Source: Clostridiaceae bacterium
GTDB taxonomy: Bacteria > Bacillota > Clostridia > DUPQ01
Length of the DNA: 64,000 nucleotides
NCBI GenBank assembly: GCA_012729955.1
Contig: JAAYBX010000025.1
Span: forward strand, 45,168 to 109,167
Direction: 5' to 3'
The notes beneath the pieces are model-generated. The model had not been told where the DNA came from. It did not search any database and worked only from the letters and a program-made list of their open reading frames with translations. The position numbers and the translations under genes were made by a program. This document shows positions 9,193 to 18,924 of the stretch, piece after piece. How positions within the stretch are numbered: position 1 is the first letter of the stretch; each line of letters opens with the position of its first letter.

Positions 9193-11040
9193 ATGGAACT
9201 TTTGGACAGGATAAAAGCATCCGGTGATGTAAAGGATATTAATAAAGAGGATATGGAAGCATTATGCGGTCAGATTAGAACTTTGCTTGTAGATGTTGTG
9301 ACTATGAATGGCGGGCATCTTGCAAGTAATCTTGGTGTTGTCGAACTGACTGTTGCATTACACAGATGCTTGGATCTTGAAAAAGACCATATTGTTTTCG
9401 ATGTAGGCCATCAAAGTTATGTCCACAAGATTCTGACTGGCAGAAAAGATTGTCTTCGAACTATGGGTAATGCCAATGGATTAAACTGCTTTCCTGATGA
9501 ATGCGAGAGCAGGTATGATTCATTCAATACAGGGCATGCAAGTACCTCCATTTCTGCAGCTTTGGGTATAGAAAAGGCTTTAAGGATAAAAGGTTCAGAC
9601 GGTAAGGTCGTTGCAATTATTGGTGATGGTGCTTTAGCCGGAGGAATGGTGTATGAGGCTTTGAACAATGCAAAGGATTTAGATTCCGATATTCTTATAA
9701 TCCTGAATGATAACGAGATGTCCATCAGCAGAAACGTTGGAGCTATGTCACGTTATCTTTCAAAACTCAGACTTCGTCCTTCATACATTGATACCAACTT
9801 AAAAATCAAGCATTTTGTGGAAAAACTGCCAGGAGGCGGTAAAGGATTTATAAGATTTATACAAAAGACAAAAAGAGCATTAAAATCTTTCGTTGGACAA
9901 AAGATGTTTTTCGAGGATCTTGACATCAGATATTTAGGTCCTGTTGACGGACATGATGAGCAGTTCCTGGAATTAATGATAAACAAGGCAAAGAATGTAA
10001 AAGGGCCAAAACTTTTACATGTAATTACAACTAAAGGTAAAGGGTATGAAATGGCAGAAAAGGATCCTGTGAAGTTTCATGGGATTAAAAACAGTTCACA
10101 AAAAAGAAAAAGACTGCCTGCAAATCCAATGTATAACGAGCTTTTTGGAAGACTGCTGACTGATATGGCTGCAAAGGACGAAAATATAGTATGTGTATGT
10201 CCTGCTATGACAGAAGGTTCAGGCCTCAGCGAATTCAGTATAACTCATAAGGAAAGATATTTTGATGTAGGCATATGCGAGCAGCATGCTGTAACCTTCA
10301 GCGCAGGACTTGCTAAAAACGGCATTAAACCTGTATGCGTCATTTATTCATCATTTCTGCAAAGGTCATATGACCAGCTGCTTCATGATATAGGTCTTAC
10401 TAACAAAAATGTGGTTCTGTGCGTGGACAGAGCAGGTATTACAGATGCATATGGTAAGACCCATCAGGGAATATATGATATCGCATATTTGTCTACAATT
10501 CCCAATATGAGAATTCTCGCACCTGAATCTAAAGAAGATATGAAAAAACTGTTATACAGAGCTTTATATGATATTGAAGGATGTGTCGCAATTAGGTATC
10601 CCTATGATGAGATTCATGACGATATAAAAAAACTTTTTATCGATGTATCTGATAAAAACGGTATATCAGTATATGAAAAAGGCAGTGACAAAGCTATACT
10701 GTGCTATGGCAGAATGGTCCCAATCGCTGTGGATGCAGCAGATATTGCAATTGCCGATGTAGTGAAACTCACTGATATCTATCCTTTAGAATATGAGAGT
10801 CTGCATGCAGTATTAAAAAAATACAAATATGTGTTATGCGTTGAGGATATTATATATAACGGCTCTATCGGTCAGAGGCTGCAGTCATGGCTTTACGGAA
10901 ATGGCAAGAATGAGTTTAAACTAGTATGCCTTAATATTAATGAGGATTGTGAGATGAAAGGATGTGTTGAAGACATATTAGAGGAAAATATGATGTCTTC
11001 TCAAAGACTTTCTAAAATTATACTTGATGAAAAGACTTGA
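9193..11040 (+). CDS. dxs: 1-deoxy-D-xylulose-5-phosphate synthase
   Basis: 615 aa. TPP-binding GDG motif (IGDGALAGGMVYEALNNA) and transketolase-like domains. Confidence 0.92.
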   Translation: MELLDRIKASGDVKDINKEDMEALCGQIRTLLVDVVTMNGGHLASNLGVVELTVALHRCLDLEKDHIVFDVGHQSYVHKILTGRKDCLRTMGNANGLNCFPDECESRYDSFNTGHASTSISAALGIEKALRIKGSDGKVVAIIGDGALAGGMVYEALNNAKDLDSDILIILNDNEMSISRNVGAMSRYLSKLRLRPSYIDTNLKIKHFVEKLPGGGKGFIRFIQKTKRALKSFVGQKMFFEDLDIRYLGPVDGHDEQFLELMINKAKNVKGPKLLHVITTKGKGYEMAEKDPVKFHGIKNSSQKRKRLPANPMYNELFGRLLTDMAAKDENIVCVCPAMTEGSGLSEFSITHKERYFDVGICEQHAVTFSAGLAKNGIKPVCVIYSSFLQRSYDQLLHDIGLTNKNVVLCVDRAGITDAYGKTHQGIYDIAYLSTIPNMRILAPESKEDMKKLLYRALYDIEGCVAIRYPYDEIHDDIKKLFIDVSDKNGISVYEKGSDKAILCYGRMVPIAVDAADIAIADVVKLTDIYPLEYESLHAVLKKYKYVLCVEDIIYNGSIGQRLQSWLYGNGKNEFKLVCLNINEDCEMKGCVEDILEENMMSSQRLSKIILDEKT

Positions 11041-11755
11041 TACTGCTTTATTTGAAAAGTCCATGGCCAGAAGCAGGACAAATGCACAGCAGATAATCGA
11101 AAAAGGATTTGTCAGGGTTAATAATAGAGTTATACTAAAACCTTCATATCCTGTTGATCTTGGGAAAGATAATATAGAATCGGATTATCATGAAAAGTAT
11201 GTCAGCAGGGGAGCATATAAGCTTTTACAGGCATTTGATGTATTTAAAATAAACATTGAGGGTATGACTGTGCTGGATGCAGGAGCATCTACTGGAGGTT
11301 TTACCCAGGTGCTGCTCGAAAAAGGAGCGAATAAGGTATATTCTGTGGATGTGGGAAGCAACCAGATGGATGCTTCAGTTAAAAGTGACAGCAGGGTATT
11401 ATGCATGGAGAATACTGATATAAGAAACATCGATATGTATATACAAGACAATTATTTCGAGTTCGCTACATGTGACCTGTCCTTTATATCCATAGATAAA
11501 ACCTCATCAAGCATCTATAAGGTAATGAAAAAAGGAGCGAAAGCTGTTTTTCTTATTAAACCGCAATTTGAGGCTGGAAAGCAGAATATTGGCAAGAAGG
11601 GCATAGTAAAAGATGAGCAGATAAGAAAAAACTGCGTAGAGAATATAAAAAATCATCTTACTTCAATAGGTTTCAAGTATTTAGGACTGACTGAATGCGT
11701 ATTAAAAGGTGGAAGCGGGAATACTGAGTATCTTATCTATATAGAAAAGGCATAG
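11024..11755 (+). CDS. tlyA: TlyA family rRNA 2'-O-methyltransferase (S4 + FtsJ domains)
   Basis: VRVNNRVILKPSYPV and RGAYKL motifs. The true start is probably a few codons later (overlaps the dxs 3' end). Confidence 0.85.
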   Translation: MMKRLDTALFEKSMARSRTNAQQIIEKGFVRVNNRVILKPSYPVDLGKDNIESDYHEKYVSRGAYKLLQAFDVFKINIEGMTVLDAGASTGGFTQVLLEKGANKVYSVDVGSNQMDASVKSDSRVLCMENTDIRNIDMYIQDNYFEFATCDLSFISIDKTSSSIYKVMKKGAKAVFLIKPQFEAGKQNIGKKGIVKDEQIRKNCVENIKNHLTSIGFKYLGLTECVLKGGSGNTEYLIYIEKA

Positions 11756-13116
11756 ATTTTTGATTTGAACATTTCAAACCTAATCCTGTAAGAGCATTCT
11801 TTTAGGTCATTCAAACTGCTTTTCCCATTCCATGATACTGCCTGCCATATTTTATTACTGTCAAGTTTATCGCATGAATCAGATTCAAATCCAGGTATTT
11901 CCTCGCAGGTATTCCTGTCAACAATGGATGCTTTAATCCATCCGCCATACGGTATATGCGCATTAATCATTAGCTTGTCACTCTGTATATCAAGCTTTAT
12001 TGTATAGAATCCTCCTAATTCATCAGCAGTAACCGATGTAAATCCGTCTTCACGTATGACAGCCCTTCTGTACTGTCCGCTCTGTTTAATCCTAATATCG
12101 GGAGGTATGTTATGGGCATTTGGGTTTGCATCAACATAGAATGACCATGTGCCATCCTCATTATCAATAATGCCTTTTGTTGAAGACAGCCTTAAGTCTT
12201 TTTCTTTATATGATGTCCGATCTATGTAAGGCTGCTGCCCCATAGGTCGGTACCATATAATTCCGTCACGACTGGTCAGCAGATGGATATCAAAGGTGTC
12301 TGATGTCCTTTTATATACATCCATTAGCATTATATGGGCGTTCTTTGCCCCTGGCCATTTGTGATATCCTGATGTGTAATAATCCCAGTCTGGGGGATCA
12401 TTTGGATCATTATGCATAATCATGACCGGCTCGTCAAAATCAGAAAAAGTACTGCTCTTTGATAAAGAAACAGATCTTCTCGGAACAGGGTAATCCACAC
12501 ACTGGCGAGTATATATAAGATACTGTTTTGTATCTTCATCGTATTCCAGTATGTTCTGAGTATCAGAAGGATTATTGAGAAGAGGTTTTTCAATATCATT
12601 CCAGTGAATTCCGTCTGCAGATACAGCACCATGTATCGAGCATCCTTGAAAAAATGGTTTTTCACGATTGTATTGAACCCATATCAGCTTATACCTTTGC
12701 GATATATCAGCATGTTTGTCATACAGTACGCATGTTCCATGTACATTTTTAATCAGATTATTATTGTAATCATTATTGAATGGCATAATATGCAAATCAG
12801 GTTTAACAAAATTGACTCCATCATCAGATTCGGCGTATGCAAGATTACTTTTCATGTCATCCATTGAAGCTTCTGAAAAAACCTCATACCAGACTTTTAC
12901 TTTATTCTCTATCTTTATGAAAGTAGCATATGCATTAATACAGGAGCTTTCCCATGGTTTATCTGGTATAAGCACGGGCTTTTCCTCTAAAAAAGGTTTA
13001 TGTGTTTCAATCTTTATACCATAAGGAGATATAACAGGTGTTTTTGAATATGGCCAGACAGTTCCGTATCCAGGTTCCACACACGACCAATCAACGAATA
13101 CATATTTGTTTTCCAT
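11737..13116 (-). CDS. Hypothetical protein, possibly a beta-propeller glycoside-hydrolase-like enzyme (family unresolved)
   Basis: 459-aa ORF with good coding texture and no recognisable signal peptide. Rich in W/Y/D residues as in GH32/43/130-type folds. The only minus-strand gene in the first 30 kb. Confidence 0.45.
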   Translation of the reverse strand: MENKYVFVDWSCVEPGYGTVWPYSKTPVISPYGIKIETHKPFLEEKPVLIPDKPWESSCINAYATFIKIENKVKVWYEVFSEASMDDMKSNLAYAESDDGVNFVKPDLHIMPFNNDYNNNLIKNVHGTCVLYDKHADISQRYKLIWVQYNREKPFFQGCSIHGAVSADGIHWNDIEKPLLNNPSDTQNILEYDEDTKQYLIYTRQCVDYPVPRRSVSLSKSSTFSDFDEPVMIMHNDPNDPPDWDYYTSGYHKWPGAKNAHIMLMDVYKRTSDTFDIHLLTSRDGIIWYRPMGQQPYIDRTSYKEKDLRLSSTKGIIDNEDGTWSFYVDANPNAHNIPPDIRIKQSGQYRRAVIREDGFTSVTADELGGFYTIKLDIQSDKLMINAHIPYGGWIKASIVDRNTCEEIPGFESDSCDKLDSNKIWQAVSWNGKSSLNDLKECSYRIRFEMFKSKIYAFSI

Positions 13117-13208
13117 TAGTAACCTCCAGAAGCTGTTTTCTTAATATTATCAAAGCTTAATGGCACATGCAATTAATAATAGGAAAAAAATATTGCAATT
13201 AATGTATA

Positions 13209-13613
13209 ATGAAATATATAATAGAAAAAGAAAATTGCCGTATGTCAGAGGAACATCTATATATGCTATTTAAAAAACAAGATCAAAAGGTGTCATATAA
13301 AGAAAACATGAGGGGCGGACAAGGCACCATCATGTTTAATGAATTGCTGCCAAAAGAATTATTAAATGAAAAAGGCCGTTTGTTTTCAACAATTACAATT
13401 ATGCCGGGATGTTCTATAGGTTATCATATTCACGAGAATGAATGTGAAACTTTTTATGTCCTTGAAGGTTCTCTGATATACAACGAAAATAACGAGAAGG
13501 AATATGCGATAAGAAAAGGTGACTGCGTATATAACAAAAACATGAGCGGTCACGGGGTAAGAAATGAGAGCGGTAAAAAAGCAGTGATACTGGCTCTCAT
13601 AATTTATGCATAA
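13209..13613 (+). CDS. Cupin domain protein
   Basis: G(x)5HxH(x)3,4E(x)6G-like region GCSIGYHIHENECETFYVLEG. The true start is probably a downstream Met (see findings). Confidence 0.7.
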   Translation: MKYIIEKENCRMSEEHLYMLFKKQDQKVSYKENMRGGQGTIMFNELLPKELLNEKGRLFSTITIMPGCSIGYHIHENECETFYVLEGSLIYNENNEKEYAIRKGDCVYNKNMSGHGVRNESGKKAVILALIIYA

Positions 13614-13624
13614 ATAGGAGAAGC

Positions 13625-14320
13625 ATGAGTTTAAACGAGAAATCAATCAAAGGGGTAATATTCGATATGGATGGAGTGCTGATAGATTCAGAGCAGCTTA
13701 TGAGCAGGTCTGCAATACTGGCACTGAAGGAATTCGGGGTAGAAGCACAACCTTGGGATTTCATACCATACATGGGCCAGGGGGAAAACAGTTTTATAGG
13801 CAATGTGGCAAGAAAGTATAATGTAGAATATCAATATGCAATGAAATACAGAGCATATGAGATATATGACATGCTTGTCTGTACTGAAGCCAAATTATTC
13901 CCGCACATCAAGGAGACTCTTACCACACTGAAAAGCAGAGGATATAAGATATCATTAGCATCAGGCGCTGACATAATGAAGGTAACTTCAAACATTAAGG
14001 CTATAGAAATGGAAGAAACGGATTTTAATGCTTTTGTCACAGGTAATGATGTAACACGAAACAAACCGGAACCGGATATTTTCCTGTTAGCTGCTGAAAG
14101 GATGAAGATAAATCCCGCATACTGTCTTGTCTGTGAAGATACTATAAGCGGTATTAAAGCAGCAAAAGCTGCCGGTATGCAGTGTTTGGGCATAACAAGC
14201 TCGCTGCAGAGCGAAGTATTGACAAACAGCGGTGCGGATATCACTTCAGAAAGCATACATATCCTTTTGGATATATTGAAGCCATTGAAGATAACAAATT
14301 TAAAGAAGAAGAAATTATAG
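13625..14320 (+). CDS. HAD-IA hydrolase, beta-phosphoglucomutase/phosphatase-like
   Basis: DxD motif GVIFDMDGVLIDSE, plus C-terminal cap and core HAD motifs. Confidence 0.8.
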   Translation: MSLNEKSIKGVIFDMDGVLIDSEQLMSRSAILALKEFGVEAQPWDFIPYMGQGENSFIGNVARKYNVEYQYAMKYRAYEIYDMLVCTEAKLFPHIKETLTTLKSRGYKISLASGADIMKVTSNIKAIEMEETDFNAFVTGNDVTRNKPEPDIFLLAAERMKINPAYCLVCEDTISGIKAAKAAGMQCLGITSSLQSEVLTNSGADITSESIHILLDILKPLKITNLKKKKL

Positions 14321-14349
14321 TCTTTATTTGAACCCGTCTTCATTATATA

Positions 14350-14378
14350 TTGACATACGCATCTTAAATCTATATAAT
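14350..14378 (+). promoter_or_regulatory. Sigma-A promoter for tRNA-Trp
   Basis: TTGACA - 17 nt - TATAAT, 14 nt upstream of the tRNA 5' end. Confidence 0.6.
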
Positions 14379-14392
14379 CTCATTTGCTACGT

Positions 14393-14468
14393 AGGGAAGT
14401 AGTTCAATCGGTAGAGCAGCGGTCTCCAAAACCGTTTGTTGCGGGTTCAAATCCTGTCTTCCCTGCCA
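14393..14468 (+). tRNA. trnW: tRNA-Trp (anticodon CCA)
   Basis: Manually folded cloverleaf. Acceptor stem AGGGAAG/CTTCCCT, anticodon stem GCGGT/ACCGT, loop CTCCAAA, T-loop TTCAAAT, encoded CCA end. Confidence 0.85.
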
Positions 14469-14471
14469 AAT

Positions 14472-14500
14472 GCCGGACTTTAACAGCCCGGTTTTGTTTT
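14472..14500 (+). terminator. Putative weak intrinsic terminator after tRNA-Trp
   Basis: Short CCGG...CCGG hairpin followed by a TTTTGTTTTT tract. Confidence 0.35.
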
Positions 14501-14537
14501 TATTTGCATTCTTTATATTCATTAGCAAATGCAAATA

Positions 14538-14546
14538 TGATATAAT
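14538..14546 (+). promoter_or_regulatory. Extended -10 promoter element (TGaTATAAT) for the V-type ATPase operon
   Basis: TGnTATAAT about 55 nt upstream of the proposed ntpG start. The -35 is poor. Confidence 0.35.
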
Positions 14547-14601
14547 GTTTTTTGTTGAACAAAATTGGGAAATAACTGATATTTATACAGGATTGGAACA
14601 A

Positions 14602-14925
14602 ATGATGGAGAAAACATATTTAGATAAGATAAAAGAAGCAGAAGAAAAAGCAGGAGATCTATTAAGAGCTGCAATTAATAAATCAGAACAAATAATTTAT
14701 GATGCGGAAAAAGACAACTTAGAATACGAGAGAAAAGGTACTGAAAAAATTGATGATCAATGTAAAAAGATACTTGTAATAGCTGAGCAGGATGCTGCAA
14801 GACTTGTACAGAAAGCTGATATAGAATATGCTGCTCAATGTGAAGATTTAAAATCCACTGCTCTCTCAAATATTGAAAAAGCAGTCAGGCTAGTGATGGA
14901 AAAGGTGACAGATGGCAATTGTTGA
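14602..14925 (+). CDS. ntpG: V/A-type ATPase small peripheral-stalk subunit (G/H-like)
   Basis: Coiled-coil, Glu/Lys-rich protein of about 108 aa at the head of the ntp operon. Start moved to the internal ATG, because the ORF-track N-extension (14470) runs over the tRNA terminator and promoter. Confidence 0.6.
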   Translation: MMEKTYLDKIKEAEEKAGDLLRAAINKSEQIIYDAEKDNLEYERKGTEKIDDQCKKILVIAEQDAARLVQKADIEYAAQCEDLKSTALSNIEKAVRLVMEKVTDGNC

Positions 14926-16882
14926 AATGCAGAAAATCTGCATAACAGGTCTTGTAAAAGAAAAAAAACCGATGCTTTCCTTCCTAATGAAACGCGGTGT
15001 TATTGACATTCAGGATATTTTAATTGATTCAGAGTACGAGGATGTGTTTTCAAAAGGATATGACAGAAATTTTGAGGCAGGAATTGACAGCGATATGTCT
15101 TTGTTATCTAAAGCAATATCAATTCTTGAAGAGTATGACATTTCAAAAAAACCACTGTTCAAAGTCAGAAAAGATATAGACAGGAAGCACTACGAAGCTA
15201 TTGCTAAAAATGACAATAAAATTATTAGATTTGCTGAAGACATTATTAAAACTGATAACTCCATAAAAGATTATAAAAGTGAAATAAACGAGCGTGAAAA
15301 TAACATCCATTCGCTTATGCCTTGGACTGAACTATACATGCCTATAAATATGTTAAAAACTGATAAAGTCAATATTATTCTTGGTACAATACCTGAGTTT
15401 ATTAAGCCACAGGCATATATTCAATCGATCGATGAACGGGGATTTTTATGTCAGGTACAAGAGATAAGCAAGGACAAGAATAATGCTTATGTAGCAGTAT
15501 ATCTTCATGAATCTGATATGGAAAAGCCTTTACAATACTTAAAAAGCATAGGATTTACTGTTTTGGAGTATAATTTTGAAGGTATACCTCATTTTATAAT
15601 AGAAGACAATAAAAGAGATATAGCAAAGCTCAGAACAAAAATTGATAAAGCAAAGGAAAGCCTTAAAGAGCATGCATCAAAGATAAGTGAAATACAGGCT
15701 GTATATGACCATTTCTCAATAAGTAAAGGATTGTTAGTAGTTGACGATAAGATACTCTCAGGAAAGTACAGTTACATAATAGATGGCTGGATACCTAAGG
15801 AAAAAGCAGAGAAAATAGCGAATGAACTCGAAAAAAACTATATTTGTGACGTAATCTTAAGAGATCCTTATGATGATGAGCAGTTTCCTGTTCTTCTTAA
15901 AAATGGATTTATGGGAGAGGCTGTATCCGGCGTAACAGAAATGTTCAGCCTTCCAAATTGCAGGGAAGCTGATCCTAATCCTGTTACAGCAATATTCTTT
16001 GCGCTTTTCTTCGGAATGATGCTTTCAGATGCAGGTTATGGCTTAATAATGGTTATAGCATGTGCATTAGTGCTGATCAAATTTAAATTGGAATTTTCAA
16101 CCAGCCGGTTTATTAAACTCATGCTCATATCAGGCATAGCAACGATTTTAGTTGGAGCTTTGTATGGCTCATGGTTTGGTAATTTCATTCCTACAATCTT
16201 ATCCGATACATCTTTGGATATAGCATTATGGTTTGATCCGATAAAAGACCCAAACAGGCTTCTTATGTGGTCATTAATACTTGGCATTATACATATTTAT
16301 GTAGGTTATGGTATTAAAGGATATAACAGGATTAAGAAGAAGAAATACCTTGATGCTGTGCTTGATGTGCTTCCATGGTACTTTTTCTTCACAACAGCAT
16401 GTTTCATGGTCTCTTCATACATACCAAGCGTTCCTGAAGGAATATATAATGCACTGACACCGATTGGAACAAAGCTTTTCCCATATGCTGCAGCTGCAAT
16501 ATTACTTACACAGGGCAGACATAAAAAGGGAATACTCGGTAAACTCTTCGGTGGTATAGCATCTTTTTATGACCTTATATCCTTTATGGGAGATGTATTG
16601 TCTTATTCAAGGCTTTTAGCAATGGGTCTTGCTACAGGAGTCATCGGTACAATCATAAATCAAATGGGATCATCAGGCGGATTCACGATAGTGGGGGTCA
16701 TCTCATTTACACTGATATTTGTCGTTGGCCATGGATTCAATTTTGCAATAAACGCTCTTGGAGCGTATGTGCATTCAAGCAGACTGCAGTATATAGAATT
16801 TTTTAATAAATTTTTTGAAGGCGGCGGAATAGCTTATTCTCCTCTTTTTGAGGATACGAAATATATAAAGATTATGGAATAA
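14912..16882 (+). CDS. ntpI: V/A-type ATPase subunit I (a-subunit, membrane)
   Basis: 656 aa. Hydrophilic N-half plus multi-TM C-half, in operon position. Confidence 0.85.
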   Translation: MAIVEMQKICITGLVKEKKPMLSFLMKRGVIDIQDILIDSEYEDVFSKGYDRNFEAGIDSDMSLLSKAISILEEYDISKKPLFKVRKDIDRKHYEAIAKNDNKIIRFAEDIIKTDNSIKDYKSEINERENNIHSLMPWTELYMPINMLKTDKVNIILGTIPEFIKPQAYIQSIDERGFLCQVQEISKDKNNAYVAVYLHESDMEKPLQYLKSIGFTVLEYNFEGIPHFIIEDNKRDIAKLRTKIDKAKESLKEHASKISEIQAVYDHFSISKGLLVVDDKILSGKYSYIIDGWIPKEKAEKIANELEKNYICDVILRDPYDDEQFPVLLKNGFMGEAVSGVTEMFSLPNCREADPNPVTAIFFALFFGMMLSDAGYGLIMVIACALVLIKFKLEFSTSRFIKLMLISGIATILVGALYGSWFGNFIPTILSDTSLDIALWFDPIKDPNRLLMWSLILGIIHIYVGYGIKGYNRIKKKKYLDAVLDVLPWYFFFTTACFMVSSYIPSVPEGIYNALTPIGTKLFPYAAAAILLTQGRHKKGILGKLFGGIASFYDLISFMGDVLSYSRLLAMGLATGVIGTIINQMGSSGGFTIVGVISFTLIFVVGHGFNFAINALGAYVHSSRLQYIEFFNKFFEGGGIAYSPLFEDTKYIKIME

Positions 16883-16902
16883 AATTTTGGAGGAACATTT
16901 TT

Positions 16903-17370
16903 ATGTTGAAGTATGTATTGGAAAACAATTTAGGTGATGTACTGGCTATACTAGGAGCAGCAGTTTGCTTTCTGCTCGCTGCATCGGGTTCAGCCAAAGG
17001 AGTAGCAATGGCTGGACAGGTAGGAAGTGGAGTTATTGCAGAAGATTCCAGCAAATTCGTACCGGTTATGATTTTGGAAGCGCTGCCAAGCACACAGGGA
17101 ATATACGGATTCGTAGTAGCTTTTATGATTATAGGCAAACTTGGTGGTTTGGATCTTGCAGATGGCATGAGTTTAATGGCCGCGGCTCTTCCTGCAGGAG
17201 TTGTAGGACTTATTTCTGCAATCTTCCAGGGTAAAGTTGCAGCAGCCAGCATAGGAATTGTTGCAAAAAGAAGCAATGACATGGTTAAGGGAATAGTCCT
17301 TACGCTTATGGTGGAGCTTTTTGCGATATTCGGGCTCTTAGTATCAATATTGATGATAGGTAATGTATAA
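16903..17370 (+). CDS. ntpK: V/A-type ATPase proteolipid subunit K (c-ring)
   Basis: 155 aa, four-TM duplicated proteolipid. PSTQGIYG and VELFAIFG motifs. Confidence 0.85.
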   Translation: MLKYVLENNLGDVLAILGAAVCFLLAASGSAKGVAMAGQVGSGVIAEDSSKFVPVMILEALPSTQGIYGFVVAFMIIGKLGGLDLADGMSLMAAALPAGVVGLISAIFQGKVAAASIGIVAKRSNDMVKGIVLTLMVELFAIFGLLVSILMIGNV

Positions 17371-17977
17371 AATGCCAGGAATAGACAGGATATATGACAA
17401 GATAATAAATGATGCTCAACAACAGGCAGATTCAAAGCTGTATGAAGCAGCTTTGAAAGTTGACCTGATGAGAGGAATCATTGACGAGAAACTACATGAT
17501 TATCAGCATTCCAAGTATTCTGAATCAGAAAATGAAGCTAAAAGCATAATATCGAGAGCAGAGGCAAACAGGAATCTTGAAGGTAAAAAACAGCTGTTGA
17601 AAGTCAAACAGGATATGATATCTGAAGTGTTTGATAAAGCTCATAAAGCGCTTATGGAACTTGAAGATACCAAGAAACTATCCCTATATGCAAAGCTGAT
17701 TAACAGCTGCCTGCAAAAAGGACAGAATGAGATTATCTTGAATGGTAAAGATAAGGCAGGTTTTGGCAGCCAGCTGATAAAGAATATTCAAAAAGATTTA
17801 ACCTCTGATATCTCGGTTTTTCTTAGCGATCAGGATATAAAAGATGATTTCGGAGTCATTGTCAAAAACGGAAACATATACTCTAACTCTACTTTCGCAT
17901 CACTGCTTAAGTATATGAAGCAGGATCTGGAATCGGATGTAATGAAGATACTTTTTGAAAGAGGTGTCCAGTCTTGA
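17363..17977 (+). CDS. ntpE: V/A-type ATPase subunit E
   Basis: 204 aa, coiled-coil N-terminus, in operon order. Confidence 0.8.
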   Translation: MYKMPGIDRIYDKIINDAQQQADSKLYEAALKVDLMRGIIDEKLHDYQHSKYSESENEAKSIISRAEANRNLEGKKQLLKVKQDMISEVFDKAHKALMELEDTKKLSLYAKLINSCLQKGQNEIILNGKDKAGFGSQLIKNIQKDLTSDISVFLSDQDIKDDFGVIVKNGNIYSNSTFASLLKYMKQDLESDVMKILFERGVQS

Positions 17978-18924
17978 TAGACACAACTAAATATGCATAC
18001 TCTGTCGGAAGGGTACGCGTACAAGAAAACTATATGATGGATGAACTTAAACTGTTAAGGCTTGTAGATGCTCCTGACATAAAAGAAGCGGTCAGAATTC
18101 TCGTTGAATGCAGATATAAAGAAGATGAAGATTATATGGTTATGCTGGATAATGAGCAGAAATCTCTTTATTCTTACATAAAGAGCATTATACCCGATAA
18201 AGAAATATTTGATGCTTTTTTCTTAAAGTTTGATACACATAATTTAAAAGTATTGTTGAAATCAGAATTTCTTAAGAAACCATATGATGAGATTGCTCTG
18301 GACACAGGTGTTTATAAATACGATGATCTAAAGGATTATCTGCACAATAGGAATTTCACATATCTTCCAGAGGAACTCGCACAAGCAGTTAATTTGAGCA
18401 TGGAGGAGTTTTCAAAGACAAATGATCCTCAGCTTATTGATTTAGTAATGGATAAAGCATATTATACATACTTCAACAAAATGATAGATAAAGCTCGTGA
18501 CCCGTTTTTAAAGGAATTTATGATGATACAAACGGATCTTTTGAATTTAAAAGCATTCATTAGGATAAGGAAAGCTTTCCGTAAAGAACAGTTTTTAAAT
18601 TATGCCATTATACAAAAAGGGTATATACCTGCAGAGGATTACCGCATGCTTTTTGAAGCAGATGAGCAATTTTTCAATTCATACTTGAAAAAGACTAGAT
18701 ATGCCCGAATATTCGAAAAGGGAGATATTGAAAAAAATTGCGACGATTATATGACTGCATTTCTAAGAAGCAACAGATATGAACCATTGGGAATTTCACC
18801 TGTAATAGGGTATATGCTGGGTAAGGAAACTGAAATAAAGAATGCAAGAATAGCAATGATGGGAAAAGCAAACAGAATAAGTAAGGAAAAAACAAAAGAA
18901 AGGCTTAGGATGTGCTATGTATAA
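17974..18924 (+). CDS. ntpC: V/A-type ATPase subunit C (d-subunit)
   Basis: 316 aa all-helical protein between E and F. Confidence 0.8.
   Translation: MIDTTKYAYSVGRVRVQENYMMDELKLLRLVDAPDIKEAVRILVECRYKEDEDYMVMLDNEQKSLYSYIKSIIPDKEIFDAFFLKFDTHNLKVLLKSEFLKKPYDEIALDTGVYKYDDLKDYLHNRNFTYLPEELAQAVNLSMEEFSKTNDPQLIDLVMDKAYYTYFNKMIDKARDPFLKEFMMIQTDLLNLKAFIRIRKAFRKEQFLNYAIIQKGYIPAEDYRMLFEADEQFFNSYLKKTRYARIFEKGDIEKNCDDYMTAFLRSNRYEPLGISPVIGYMLGKETEIKNARIAMMGKANRISKEKTKERLRMCYV

Noticed and set aside
14344-14600. Possible integration or att site at the solitary tRNA-Trp gene
   Set aside because: No integrase, no direct repeat of the tRNA 3' end, and flanking genes are core (HAD hydrolase, V-ATPase). It looks like an ordinary tRNA locus.
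14470-14601. N-terminal extension of the first V-ATPase gene (MPDFNSPVLFLFAFF...)
   Set aside because: Runs across the tRNA-Trp terminator and the extended -10 promoter. Hydrophobic junk. The internal ATG at 14602 gives a typical small stalk subunit.
16872-17435. 187-aa minus-strand ORF and a second + frame ORF (16965-17234) overlapping ntpK
   Set aside because: Shadow ORFs of the GC-richer Gly/Ala-rich proteolipid gene. ntpK reading frame has the conserved c-subunit sequence.
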